Source of the DNA: Polyangiales bacterium
Lineage (GTDB): Bacteria; Myxococcota_A; Polyangia; Polyangiales; Ga0077539
Direction of reading: 5' to 3'
Length of the DNA stretch: 64,000 nt
Assembly: GCA_044229975.1 (NCBI GenBank)
Contig: JBGARZ010000001.1
Location: 768,001 to 832,000 of the forward strand
The notes beneath the pieces were generated by a model. That model made no database searches. It saw only the letters and a list, made by a program, of their open reading frames with translations, and was not told where the DNA came from. This document shows positions 9,737-18,617 of this stretch, in pieces. Positions within the stretch are counted from its first letter, which is position 1. Each line of letters starts with the position of its first letter. A program made the position numbers and the translations under genes.

Positions 9737-10702
9737 TCAGGGCGAGCGGACGCCGACCTCGACGCCGCCTCCGCCCGAGAGCAACGGCTGCGCGTAGATC
9801 TCGCTGGCGTCGGGGTTGAACTGGTACCTCGCCCGCAGCACCGCGACGGACGCCTCTGCGCGCAGCCCGACGTACCAGCGCGGCGACGGATTCCATTGGA
9901 TGCGCGCGGCCGCGGTGGCTCCGAGCCAGAGCCGGTCGCCGGCTTCGCGGGCGAAGACGTCGCGCGCGGCCGCGTGGATGACGGCGCCCGACGCTCCCGC
10001 GCAGAGCGACAGGCGCAGCGAGTCACCGCGCGCAGGATCGACGCACCCCAAGGCGGCAGCGCGGGTGAAGCCGAAGGCGAAGCGCGGGTCATCGGACGCG
10101 AGCGCCGGGGCGAGGTCGACGTGGCCGCGCAGGCTCCACAACGGTGAGAGCTCGACGGCGACGCCGAACCCCGCCGCGGGAGCGACCGAAGGCGTGAGAC
10201 CGACGACGACGCCTCCCTGGATGCCAAAGGAGACGGGACGCGCAGGCGGGCGGGGGGGAGCCGCGGGGCGGCGGGGTCGACGCGTCGGCACGCGGGGCAC
10301 CGGGGCGCGGGGCATCTCCTCGATGGTGGCGTCGGGATCGACCGCGAGCGCGATGGCGAGCGCGCTGGCCTCGACGATGGGCTCGCAGCGGTCGCCTTCG
10401 CGGGTGAGGGTGCGCTCGCCGAGGAGGGCTCCCTCGCGGTCGCGTACACGGAGCACGGCGCGCCAGCCGGGGCCGACGCGATCGACGACGGCCTCGATGC
10501 TGCGCGGGCCGTCGTCGTCGAAGGGGTCGCGTCGGAGGCGGCGGGTGACCTCGTCGCGCAGCCACGCGCCGTCGGGGCAGGCGTCGGCCTCGGCGCCGCG
10601 CACCCACGCGAGTCGCACCGTCGCGGGCACGGGGTCACCTCGGACCGCCATGGGGAGCGAGGCCAGCGTGAGCGCGGCGGCAAGCAGGGCGGGTCGGGTC
10701 AC
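9737..10702 (-). CDS. Exported protein with N-terminal periplasmic domain and predicted C-terminal beta-barrel-like region
   Basis: GTG 10702 overlaps the upstream TGA (GTGA); signal peptide; VRLAWVRGAEADACPD; GERTL...C; Pro-rich linker; alternating beta-strand pattern ending GGGGVEVGVRSP. Confidence 0.75.
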   Translation of the reverse strand: MTRPALLAAALTLASLPMAVRGDPVPATVRLAWVRGAEADACPDGAWLRDEVTRRLRRDPFDDDGPRSIEAVVDRVGPGWRAVLRVRDREGALLGERTLTREGDRCEPIVEASALAIALAVDPDATIEEMPRAPVPRVPTRRPRRPAAPPRPPARPVSFGIQGGVVVGLTPSVAPAAGFGVAVELSPLWSLRGHVDLAPALASDDPRFAFGFTRAAALGCVDPARGDSLRLSLCAGASGAVIHAAARDVFAREAGDRLWLGATAAARIQWNPSPRWYVGLRAEASVAVLRARYQFNPDASEIYAQPLLSGGGGVEVGVRSP

Positions 10703-11844
10703 AGATCGGGTTGTCGCACGATCTCGAACCCGTAGAAGTCGGCCAGCCCCGTATCGGCACCCGCCTCGGCGGCGCACTCGGGGGCGAAGGTCCCGACGGC
10801 GTGCGTAAACACGAGGTTGTGGAACGAGTACCTCCCACTCGCGCCGCCGAACACCGCCGTCTCCCTCGGCTGCACTGCGCGCCCCCCGGTTACGCCCGAC
10901 ACATCCATACCGAAGGCGCCATCGGTGAGGCCGCATCTCGGCGCCCCGTCGTCGACGCAGGCGGGCTTCGCGGCGCGCTGCACGCCGATGTTGCCCAAGG
11001 GGAAGGGAGCGGCGCCGTTGTACCTGGCGTCGCGGACGGTGTTGGCCACGACCATGAGCACGGCCTGGTCGCCCGCCCGCCGTAGGATCAGCGTCACGTT
11101 GCCGGGGCGGGGGATCGCCACGGGCCCCCCCTCCGCTTGCAGCCGCAGCACCACTTCCGTCCCCACCGCGACGCTCGGCAGCGACTCGAACGCTACGCTG
11201 GTGAGCCACTCTACCGGCATGCCCGCGTCGCCGTCGGGTTGCACGCGGATCACCGCGTCGGGGTGGCACGCGGGGTCGCCCGCCACGGGGGCCGCGCAGT
11301 CCACGGTGAGCGGGGTCGCAAGTCGGCGTGGTGCGATCCACCGACCCTGCACCTCGAAGGGCCCCCCGAACGGGAAGAGCACGCCCGTGTCGGGCGGCGG
11401 CTGAACCACGGCGCGGGGGTAGTAGTCTTCAGCGGCGCAGTAGGGGGCGGCCAGCACCACGTCGTCGACGGGCGTGGGCCCGCCGTCCGCGTCCGTGGTG
11501 CACCCGCCGGTGTGCAGGAACGGCCGGTCGGGCGTGAGGCACCCGCTGACGAAGGTCTGCCCATCGCAGCCGCAGTACTGGAGAGCGATGGCGTCGGCGC
11601 ACGTGTTCACCGCGCACACCCGCACGACGCTGCCGCAGCCCGGCGCGTAGAGGCAGTCGAGGCCCGTCGGCCCGCCGCACGCCGCGCAGACCGCGGGCGC
11701 TGGCGCGTCCAAGATCGGCCCGTCGTCATGAACGGGCGCGTCGCTCGCGCCGCCGTCGCGCTTGTCCGCGAGGAGCACCTTATCGACGCAGCCAGAGAGG
11801 AGGGGAAAGGCGGTCGCAAGCAATCGGGAGAAGTTCTTGTTCAT
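10699..11844 (-). CDS. Cys-rich hypothetical lipoprotein
   Basis: MNKNFSRLLATAFPLLSGC lipobox; Kazal-like YCGCDGQTF motif; first gene after promoter copy B. Confidence 0.8.
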   Translation of the reverse strand: MNKNFSRLLATAFPLLSGCVDKVLLADKRDGGASDAPVHDDGPILDAPAPAVCAACGGPTGLDCLYAPGCGSVVRVCAVNTCADAIALQYCGCDGQTFVSGCLTPDRPFLHTGGCTTDADGGPTPVDDVVLAAPYCAAEDYYPRAVVQPPPDTGVLFPFGGPFEVQGRWIAPRRLATPLTVDCAAPVAGDPACHPDAVIRVQPDGDAGMPVEWLTSVAFESLPSVAVGTEVVLRLQAEGGPVAIPRPGNVTLILRRAGDQAVLMVVANTVRDARYNGAAPFPLGNIGVQRAAKPACVDDGAPRCGLTDGAFGMDVSGVTGGRAVQPRETAVFGGASGRYSFHNLVFTHAVGTFAPECAAEAGADTGLADFYGFEIVRQPDL

Positions 11845-11853
11845 CGGGGGGAG

Positions 11854-11910
11854 CACCACCCTTTCACCCGTTGAGTGCGCAGGGCGTCTCCCGGCCTTCG
11901 CGAAATCGTC
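11854..11910 (-). promoter_or_regulatory. Putative ECF-dependent promoter plus leader, copy B
   Basis: Minus strand GACGATTTCGC-GAAGGC-N13-GCGCACTCAACGGGTGAAAGGGTGGTG, ending 9 nt before ATG 11844. Confidence 0.75.
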
Positions 11911-11925
11911 GAGTGCCGCCCCCGC

Positions 11926-12684
11926 TCAGCCCGTCGGCGGCGCGGGGTCCGGCGCGGGCGGCTCCGTCACGACCGTGGCGGCGGGGCGTTGCCACTCGGT
12001 GAGCGGGCGCAGCAGCTTCGACGCGCGCTCGGCTGTCTCGGGCGCGTTCGGGTGCACTGAGGCGACCACCTGCACCACGTAGTAGCGGAGCGCGACGGTG
12101 ATGGCGTCGAGCGCCGAGCGCACCGCGGGGCTGTCGTCGGAGGGGAGCGAGGCCGTTCCGCCGGTGGCGAGGCCGTAGGCGACGTGGGACGTGCGGAGGT
12201 GGTCGAGGAAGACGCCGCCGCCGAGCCCGGTCACGACCTCGGCGAGACCGCGCGCGTCGAGCGCCTTCAGGCGGGTGTCCACCTCCGACCACTCCACCAA
12301 CGGAACAAACGTCAGGAACCCGAGCCCCTGCTTCTCGTCGGTGAGAACCGGGAGCACCGAGGCGGCCTGCGCCGACTGCGGGAACTCCCCGGGCGGCAGC
12401 CGCGCGAAGGCGCGCACGAAGTCCACCAGCGCGCCGTAGGCGTTGTCCTCGACGCGGTCGGCGTCGCGCACGCCCGGTCGCGCCGCGGCCTCCGTGGGAC
12501 CGAGTTCACGGGCGAGTGGGTCGATCGTGGTCGCGACGCCATCGGCCGCGGCGGTCACGTTGGAGGGCAGGCCGGGCTCCTGCCGCGCGACGGCGACGAG
12601 CGCGCGTCCCACCGCGAGGGTCTCGCGGGCCTTGAGCGTCGGCAGAGCAACCAGGGTTCCGGGGTCGTAGGTACGGGTGGTCAT
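11926..12684 (-). CDS. Hypothetical helical protein
   Basis: ORF 11926..12693 with likely ATG 12684; globular composition (DADRVEDNAYGAL, GLGFLTFVPLVEW, FLDHLRTSHVAYG). Confidence 0.8.
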   Translation of the reverse strand: MTTRTYDPGTLVALPTLKARETLAVGRALVAVARQEPGLPSNVTAAADGVATTIDPLARELGPTEAAARPGVRDADRVEDNAYGALVDFVRAFARLPPGEFPQSAQAASVLPVLTDEKQGLGFLTFVPLVEWSEVDTRLKALDARGLAEVVTGLGGGVFLDHLRTSHVAYGLATGGTASLPSDDSPAVRSALDAITVALRYYVVQVVASVHPNAPETAERASKLLRPLTEWQRPAATVVTEPPAPDPAPPTG

Positions 12685-12706
12685 GTTCGGCAACGTGCCT
12701 GGGTTG

Positions 12707-12803
12707 CCGGGAGGTCTGCAATCGCGAAATGAACGTCGGAGAGGGAGACCGGGAGGTCTCGATAGATGACCCGCGAGTCGGTGGAGGGAGACCGGGAGGT
12801 CTC
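12707..12803. repeat. Short direct-repeat array: GAGGGAGACCGGGAGGTCTC x2 plus one partial copy, period 42-43 bp
   Basis: Core CCGGGAGGTCT at 12707, 12749 and 12792; full copies at 12741-12760 and 12784-12803 contain the hairpin GAGACC-GGGA-GGTCTC. Confidence 0.75.
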
Positions 12804-12860
12804 ACCGGGCGAGGTGCGGGTGGCCTTGCCTGTCGAATGCCTCCGATTGGACGGCAGACG

Positions 12861-13053
12861 GTCGCTACGCGTCGACCCAGATCGACGCGCGCAACGACGC
12901 GAAGAGCCGTCGGGCGTCGGCGGGCGTCGGCAGCCCGAGCGGGTTGACCGTGCGCGCGACGGCGACGAGCGCGCGTCCCAAGGCGACGGTCTCGCGGGCC
13001 TTGAGCGTCGGCAGGGCAACCCGGATTCCTGGGGTGGGTGGAGGGCAACGTGC
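12861..13053 (-). pseudogene. Chimeric relic: 5' part of gene 11926..12684 fused in frame to the 3' end of ferritin-like gene 18618..19784
   Basis: 12953-13029 matches 12584-12660 (6 substitutions in 77 bp); 12861-12940 matches 18631-18711 (8 substitutions, 1 indel); reads VALPTLKARETVALGRALVAVAR-TVNP-LGLPTPADARRLFASLRASIW; the original ATG region is deleted. Confidence 0.85.
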
Positions 13054-13103
13054 GAGGTCCCCGGACGCGGCGCTCGGGGCGCCGATGCGAGACTGCGGTC
13101 GAC

Positions 13104-13763
13104 TCACTCGGCGAGTGCGGCGACGCGCGACAGCCCCGCGTCCGCGAGGGCGGTGCGACAGAAGGCGCTCTCGAAGTACCGGTCGGGCACGACATTGTTG
13201 GGATCGGGACTCGCGTTGGCGCACGTCACGTTGAGGACTCCGCGGACCTCGGCCACGGCGGTCGGCGCCGAGGGCCTCGTGGTGCCGTCTTCGAAGCGGA
13301 AGACCGGCCCGAGCGTCGCGCGGAGGGTGATGGTCGCGTCGTCGTTCCAGACCAGCTCGATCTGGCGCATCCACCGCGAGACCGCCGGGTGCAGCGGGTC
13401 CCGGCCCCCGGGCAGGAAGTAGGTGACCGCTCCCCCGGTCGGCGGGTCTGGGCGGATCACGGTGCCGCCGGCCATGAGGAGGCGCACGTCTTCGAGGCTC
13501 AGCGGCGTCTGAAACGACAGGAGCGCGGGCTCCATCGTCGCCGTGTCCCTGTAGCCGCCGGAGACACTGATCTCGTAGTGCGCGTGCCCGTCGCCCTCCC
13601 GCACGTTGAATCCCCCGTGTCCGGGGAACGGTTGGGCGGCGTCGGACACCGTGGCGCTCGCGGTGGCCGACGGTCCTGGGAACGAGCCCGTCGACCATGG
13701 TCCCCTTTCACCGCAGCCCGCGACACCGAGAATCACCAGCATTGCGAGGGTGTGCTTCAACAT
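13104..13763 (-). CDS. Hypothetical lipoprotein
   Basis: ATG 13763 in ORF 13104..14033, MLKHTLAMLVILGVAGC lipobox, GGAGAGG RBS-like sequence upstream. Confidence 0.8.
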   Translation of the reverse strand: MLKHTLAMLVILGVAGCGERGPWSTGSFPGPSATASATVSDAAQPFPGHGGFNVREGDGHAHYEISVSGGYRDTATMEPALLSFQTPLSLEDVRLLMAGGTVIRPDPPTGGAVTYFLPGGRDPLHPAVSRWMRQIELVWNDDATITLRATLGPVFRFEDGTTRPSAPTAVAEVRGVLNVTCANASPDPNNVVPDRYFESAFCRTALADAGLSRVAALAE

Positions 13764-13846
13764 CGCGACCTCTCCCTTCCTCATCCGATCGTCTGGCTCA
13801 TGGCCGCGAAGAGCGCCGAGCTTCGCCTGTGTCGCGCCACGAACCT

Positions 13847-15193
13847 CTACGCGAGCGCCGCGTGCAGCGACGCGACGAGGTGCGCGGCGAGCCCAGGCGT
13901 CGGGAGCCCCAGCGCCTCCCCGAGGACCGGGTCGTACCCACGCGCGACCTTGGCCTCGAGCGCGGCGCGGGCGCCCTCGCGGGCCTCGCAGACGGCGGTC
14001 CGCTCGGTCTCGGTGAGTTGCAGCTCCAGCCACGCGGCGACCTGCCAGGCGAGCGACGCGTGGCGCATCTCGTCGTCGGCGATGGCGCCCATCGTCGCGG
14101 CCACGCCCGGCCGTGCGGCCCGCTCGGACTGGACCAGCGCCTCCATCGCAGCCCAGGTCTCATGCACGCAGCCCTCGACCGCGTTCTCCAGGGCGATCGC
14201 GAAGGCCGTGCGTGCGCGCGGCGTCTCGACCTCGACCGGGGGCACCGCGGCGCTCGCCCGCTCTGCGAGGCGGCCCATCATGCGCGCGTGGCGGCGCTCG
14301 TCGTCGGCGCTGCGGCGCGCGGCGTCGATGAGAGACGCGGGGGCGCCGAACTCTGCGAGCTCGCGCGCGAGCGATTCGAACGCGAACACCGACGCGGCCT
14401 CCATGTGCGCAGCGCGGGCGAGCCAGCGGCCCACGGCGTCGGGCGCGTCGAGGCGAGCGTCGCGTAGTCCGTCCGGGCGGCGGCCGGGAACGCCACACCA
14501 GCCGCCATCGGCGGTGCTCCCTTGGGTCGATGTCGTCGCGCCGTCCGGCGCAACGCGGATGACCCAGCCCGTGACCACGTATTGTCCGGAGGGGCAGCGG
14601 GTCGTCGTGCCGCTCACGTCCCACCCCCCCGAGGGGAGCGGGCGCACGGAGCCGAGGCAGGGCACCGCCACGCCGTGTCGATACACCGCGACGAACGCCG
14701 CCTCGGTGACCGTGTCGATGGGCGCGTACAGCCGTACGAAGTCGTCGACGCTGCGGATCGCGCCGACCTCGTCGCCGCGCGTGTACACGAGGATCCACGA
14801 GTCACGCGTCCCGGACGCGGGGTCGTTCGCGAGCGCGGCGAAGGCCGACTCGCAGCTGGCCGCCGAGGTCGTGTTCGCGCAGCGCGCGCCCGACGTGCCG
14901 ATGGTCATCCACGTGCCGTTGGGGTTGATCCCTCCGTCCCAGTGCCGTTCAGCGTTGGTCTTCAGCTCCAGGTAGTCGAAGCGGGCGGAGCTTCGCAGCG
15001 GGTCGAGCTGGGAGGAGAGCGAGTAGTAGGTCTGATCGGCGGGGCAGGCGTTCGCGCCGGGCGGGCCCGCGCCCGGCGTCACGGACTCGGTGCAGCCCTC
15101 CGCGGCGACTGCCGCGACGAGGATCGAACGAAAGAGCGTCGGGAATGACGCGGGCTCTGGGGATCGGGCAAGGCGACTGCGTCTCGCAAACAT
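13847..15193 (-). CDS. Ferritin-like (di-iron carboxylate) domain protein with Cys-rich N-terminal region, probable lipoprotein
   Basis: VAAEGC lipobox-like; CGVPGRRPDGL; MEAASVFAF, DDERRH, ENAVEGCVHET, DDEMRH give the E..ExxH..E..ExxH pattern. Confidence 0.85.
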   Translation of the reverse strand: MFARRSRLARSPEPASFPTLFRSILVAAVAAEGCTESVTPGAGPPGANACPADQTYYSLSSQLDPLRSSARFDYLELKTNAERHWDGGINPNGTWMTIGTSGARCANTTSAASCESAFAALANDPASGTRDSWILVYTRGDEVGAIRSVDDFVRLYAPIDTVTEAAFVAVYRHGVAVPCLGSVRPLPSGGWDVSGTTTRCPSGQYVVTGWVIRVAPDGATTSTQGSTADGGWCGVPGRRPDGLRDARLDAPDAVGRWLARAAHMEAASVFAFESLARELAEFGAPASLIDAARRSADDERRHARMMGRLAERASAAVPPVEVETPRARTAFAIALENAVEGCVHETWAAMEALVQSERAARPGVAATMGAIADDEMRHASLAWQVAAWLELQLTETERTAVCEAREGARAALEAKVARGYDPVLGEALGLPTPGLAAHLVASLHAALA

Positions 15194-15225
15194 GTGGGCT
15201 CTCCTCGTCGATCACGGCTCACGCT

Positions 15226-15258
15226 GGCACAGCGCGCGTACTGTTTCCGCGCTGTGCC
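15226..15258. promoter_or_regulatory. 11-bp inverted repeat upstream of the ferritin-like gene (operator or hairpin)
   Basis: GGCACAGCGCG-N11-CGCGCTGTGCC, about 30 nt upstream of ATG 15193. Confidence 0.45.
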
Positions 15259-15317
15259 CGCGCGATGTTGGGGACGGGAGGCTCTGTTCTGCACGCCGCG
15301 GACCGCGGACGCGCGTG

Positions 15318-15803
15318 TCAGCGGCGTCGCACGCGAGCGAGGGCGGCGATGCCGACCAGGGCCGCGAGTACGGCGACGGGAGAGCCCGCCGCGCGATCGC
15401 CGGGCGCGCGCACCGTGCATCCATCGCCGCCACCGCCACCACCGCCCACGTCGACGGTCCCGCCACCGCCCGCGTCGACGGAAGCGTCGGTCCCCGTCGG
15501 GTCGGGACACACGAACGGCGGCCTCGAGCAGGTACTCCCGGGCGACCACGTGAAGCAGCCGTGGCACCCGCTGTCGTCGCACACGCTGGCGGGTGACGCC
15601 TCGCGCGAGCCGCAGCCGCAGGTCGCCCCCCCAGTGCAGTACTGCCCTTCGGGGCACTGCGCGTGATCGGTGCAGCCGATCCACTGCGCACCGCCGTCGT
15701 TGCAGGCCCTGTTGGGCGGTCCCCCGTCGCCGCAGGCGAGGGCCGCCGCGGGCGCGGCGAGCAGGGCGAAGGCGAGCGAACAAACAATCAGGCGCGCGTT
15801 CAT
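15318..15803 (-). CDS. Small Cys-rich secreted protein with MYXO-CTERM-type sorting tail
   Basis: ATG 15803; signal peptide ending AAALA-C; Cys-rich core; GGGGDGCTV...VAVLAALVGIAALARVRRR. Confidence 0.8.
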   Translation of the reverse strand: MNARLIVCSLAFALLAAPAAALACGDGGPPNRACNDGGAQWIGCTDHAQCPEGQYCTGGATCGCGSREASPASVCDDSGCHGCFTWSPGSTCSRPPFVCPDPTGTDASVDAGGGGTVDVGGGGGGGDGCTVRAPGDRAAGSPVAVLAALVGIAALARVRRR

Positions 15804-15919
15804 CGAAGATCTCCCAAAGGTGGACTGGTCTTTATCGAGCAAGGCGCGACGCGCGACGCACTCAGCCGCCGTGCCGCACGCCGTCGAGAGCGCTGCCGCT
15901 GCCGCAAGCAACCTGAGCC

Positions 15920-18457
15920 TCATGTGCACGACCTCATACGATCCCGGCGCGACCCGGAGCGGCGACGGGCGAGCGCGAGTCCGAACGCCGCAAGGACGAC
16001 GAGCCCGCGATGGGTGGTGCGCCCCGGAGTACCGCCGACGTCGCAGATCGCGCCGTCGTCGTGGGGTGTACCTCTGCCGGTCCCGACGTCTGCCGCATCC
16101 GCGATCGTTGCGTCCACGACCGATGCGTCCACGACCGATGCGTCCACGACCGATGCGTCCACGACCGATGCGTCCACGACCGATGCGTCCACGACCGATG
16201 CGTCCACGACCGATGCGTCCACAACCGGCCCGACGCCGACGTCTCGGGGCGCGTCCAACGGGGCGCCCGCGTCGGGGATCGTCCCGCCATCGTCGTGGAA
16301 GAACGCCGCGCGCACCTGTCCCCCCGCGAGGTCGGGATCGAAGGCGGTGTACACGAAGGCGGTGGTCCCGTGGCCGTCGGACGCCATGACGGGCGGCGCT
16401 GCGCGGACCGGCTGCGCGTCGTCGCCGATGATCGCGAGGGGCGTCGGGTCGAGCACCACGCCCGCGGGGGAGACGCGGACGGCGCGCAGCGACCCGTCGC
16501 CCGAGCCGGTCCACACCACCAGGAAGTTGATGCCGTCGAACACCACCTCCGGGTAGTCGCCGATCGAGGTGCCGAGCGGGACGTTGGCGCCGAGGCTGCC
16601 GTCGGGCGCGAGCAGGGTCGTCCCCAACGTGTCGCCGGCCTTCCAGGCGACGAGGTAGGTGCCCCCGCCGTACGCAAGGTGGAGGATGGTGGCGCTGCGG
16701 AGCGACGGCAGCTCGCGAGCGCGCGTGTCGAGCAGGACGCCGTCGCGGTTCAGCCGCGCGAGGTATGTTGAAAAGTACGGCCCCCCCATCCGGAAGACGA
16801 TGGCGAAGTTCGTCCCGTCGGAGGCGGCGACCGGGTTGGGGAGGTTCGAGAAGCCCGCGGCGTAGCAACTCTCCGCCGGAACGAGGGCGGCCCACGAGGC
16901 GTCGAAGCGCCTGGCGCACTCCCTCAAGAACAGCCGCTGCGAGCCCCCGCGGACGACCCCGCTCGGGCCGACGGCCATGGTCACGGGTGGGGCACCGGTG
17001 CGCGTCGCGAAGTTGATCGTCTGGCGCTCGTGCTGACCCGCCACGTCGAGGAAGCGGAAGGCGTCCGCGTGGTCGCCGTCGTAGACGAGCCCGAACCCGT
17101 AGATCGTACCGGCCGTCAGGGGGAGCGCGAGCGGTGCCGCGTCGATCGCCGCACCCGCGGTGCTGAGCCGCACGAAGGACTGGGTGGCCGGGCGCCCCGC
17201 GGCCGGACGGAGGTTGTACCAGGCCGCGAGGAAGTCCGTACCGTTCGAGGAGATCGCGACCCCCGAGGGCGGCGAATAGCCCTGCACCACTGGCCAGGGC
17301 GTCCCCTGCGGGGCGCCGAGGGCGTTGTAGCGGACGAGTGGACTCCCCGCCCGGAAGAACCCGCCGCGAGCGGGGACCACCGCCCCGAAGGCGCTGTCCA
17401 CCGCCAGCCGTTGGGGGACCGCGTCGACGCGGGCGCCCGTCGCGTCGAAGCGCACCACCTGCCGCGGCCCTCCGCTGGACGTGGAGGTGCCGTGCTGGAC
17501 GTAGTGGGTGCCGTCCCACCACAGGTCCAACTGGTACGGCGCCGCGCTGAGGTCGGCGTGGTACGCGAGGGCGGAGATGGGGTTGAGGTCGGCGTCGAAG
17601 AGCCGCGTGTACCAGCCCGCCGGGTTGGAGCCCGAGGCCCTGGCGTACCAGCTCATGAACACTCGCGTCCCGTCGGTCGCGATGCGCAGGTTCAAACGCG
17701 CCGCGCCGACGGCGCCGAGGTCGCGGCCCCCGAGGTCGAGCACGCGCCCGTCGGCCATCACCCGCGCGGCCACGACGTTCGATGGCGAGCCGGATAGCTC
17801 GGTGGTCCATGCCACGATGAAGCGGTCGGCGAGGGCGACGACCATCGGGGTCGACCTGGCCCACCATCCCAACGCGAGCGGAACGGCGTCGAGCAGCCGA
17901 CCGTCGGTGCCCACCCGCTGCGCCGCTACCGAGGTGTTGGGGTCCGCGTCGGGGTACTGCCCGTAGACCGCGAGGCAGGTCGACGGGGTGCAGGCGAGCC
18001 CGAGGTCGTTGCTGTCCACGAGGCTCGGCGAGCCCTCGGGTCGCAGCACGATGGGCGCGCGGTCGAGAGATACCCCCGAGGGCTGCACGCGCGCAGCGGA
18101 GATCCCATCCGACGCCGTCAGGGCGACGACCATGGCGCCGGCTCCGTAGGAGGCGACCCTGTACGACTGGACGTTGGCAGGGTGGTAGTCGATCGGGCCG
18201 AGCGCGGGCACACCGCGGAACGACCTCGCCACCGGCGCCCCGGACGGGTCGTAGGCTTGGACGGTCACGGCCCCGACGCCGCCCACGGGCGTCACGCTGA
18301 ACAGCAGCGTGGACGTGTCGGTCCAGACCGCCAGCATGGTGCCCATGTCCAAGGTGCCCGGCTCCGCGTCCGGCACCGAGGGTGACAGGTTGATCGCTGC
18401 CGCAGCCCCTGGGACGAGCGCCACTACGAGCGCCAAGGAGAGAAGTCGCTGGTTCAT
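15920..18457 (-). CDS. Secreted repeat/beta-propeller-like protein with VVDAS linker and MYXO-CTERM-like tail
   Basis: Signal peptide; repeated (A/S)xDGTNFxxxW and RVxxDGxxLD motifs; C-terminal GAICDV...LVVLAAFGLALARRR. Confidence 0.85.
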   Translation of the reverse strand: MNQRLLSLALVVALVPGAAAAINLSPSVPDAEPGTLDMGTMLAVWTDTSTLLFSVTPVGGVGAVTVQAYDPSGAPVARSFRGVPALGPIDYHPANVQSYRVASYGAGAMVVALTASDGISAARVQPSGVSLDRAPIVLRPEGSPSLVDSNDLGLACTPSTCLAVYGQYPDADPNTSVAAQRVGTDGRLLDAVPLALGWWARSTPMVVALADRFIVAWTTELSGSPSNVVAARVMADGRVLDLGGRDLGAVGAARLNLRIATDGTRVFMSWYARASGSNPAGWYTRLFDADLNPISALAYHADLSAAPYQLDLWWDGTHYVQHGTSTSSGGPRQVVRFDATGARVDAVPQRLAVDSAFGAVVPARGGFFRAGSPLVRYNALGAPQGTPWPVVQGYSPPSGVAISSNGTDFLAAWYNLRPAAGRPATQSFVRLSTAGAAIDAAPLALPLTAGTIYGFGLVYDGDHADAFRFLDVAGQHERQTINFATRTGAPPVTMAVGPSGVVRGGSQRLFLRECARRFDASWAALVPAESCYAAGFSNLPNPVAASDGTNFAIVFRMGGPYFSTYLARLNRDGVLLDTRARELPSLRSATILHLAYGGGTYLVAWKAGDTLGTTLLAPDGSLGANVPLGTSIGDYPEVVFDGINFLVVWTGSGDGSLRAVRVSPAGVVLDPTPLAIIGDDAQPVRAAPPVMASDGHGTTAFVYTAFDPDLAGGQVRAAFFHDDGGTIPDAGAPLDAPRDVGVGPVVDASVVDASVVDASVVDASVVDASVVDASVVDASVVDATIADAADVGTGRGTPHDDGAICDVGGTPGRTTHRGLVVLAAFGLALARRRSGSRRDRMRSCT
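16111..16226. repeat. Perfect 15-bp tandem repeat CGTCCACGACCGATG x7 plus a partial unit (encodes VVDAS)
   Basis: Identical units start at 16111, 16126, 16141, 16156, 16171, 16186 and 16201. Confidence 0.95.
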
Positions 18458-18617
18458 GTTTCGTCCTCGTGCAAGCGGGTCACCACGTCAAACGCCTTGA
18501 ATTCGAGTCTTTCGCACCGACAATTTGTGCCGAACTGGGTCAGCGATCTCTCCAGTGAGCGTGAGGGGACGCCCAACGGGCGGCGGGCGTTCGTCCCGGT
18601 CGCGCGCCAGAGCCGAC

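Noticed and set aside
12707..12803. CRISPR array
   Set aside because: Only two full 20-bp repeats with one 23-nt spacer and no cas genes.
12861..13053. Diversity-generating retroelement template repeat for the ferritin-like gene 3' end
   Set aside because: Differences are not adenine-specific on either strand, include an indel, and no reverse transcriptase is in the window.
15225..15240. Sigma-54 promoter at TGGCAC
   Set aside because: No TTGC element at the required spacing and wrong strand for the adjacent gene.
15840..15864. Fourth copy of the ECF motif (CAAGGC-N10-ACGCACTCA)
   Set aside because: Spacer is 10 nt rather than 13, both boxes have mismatches, and it is on the strand opposite the neighbouring genes.
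16111..16226. CRISPR or non-coding repeat
   Set aside because: Head-to-tail units without spacers, in frame within a CDS.
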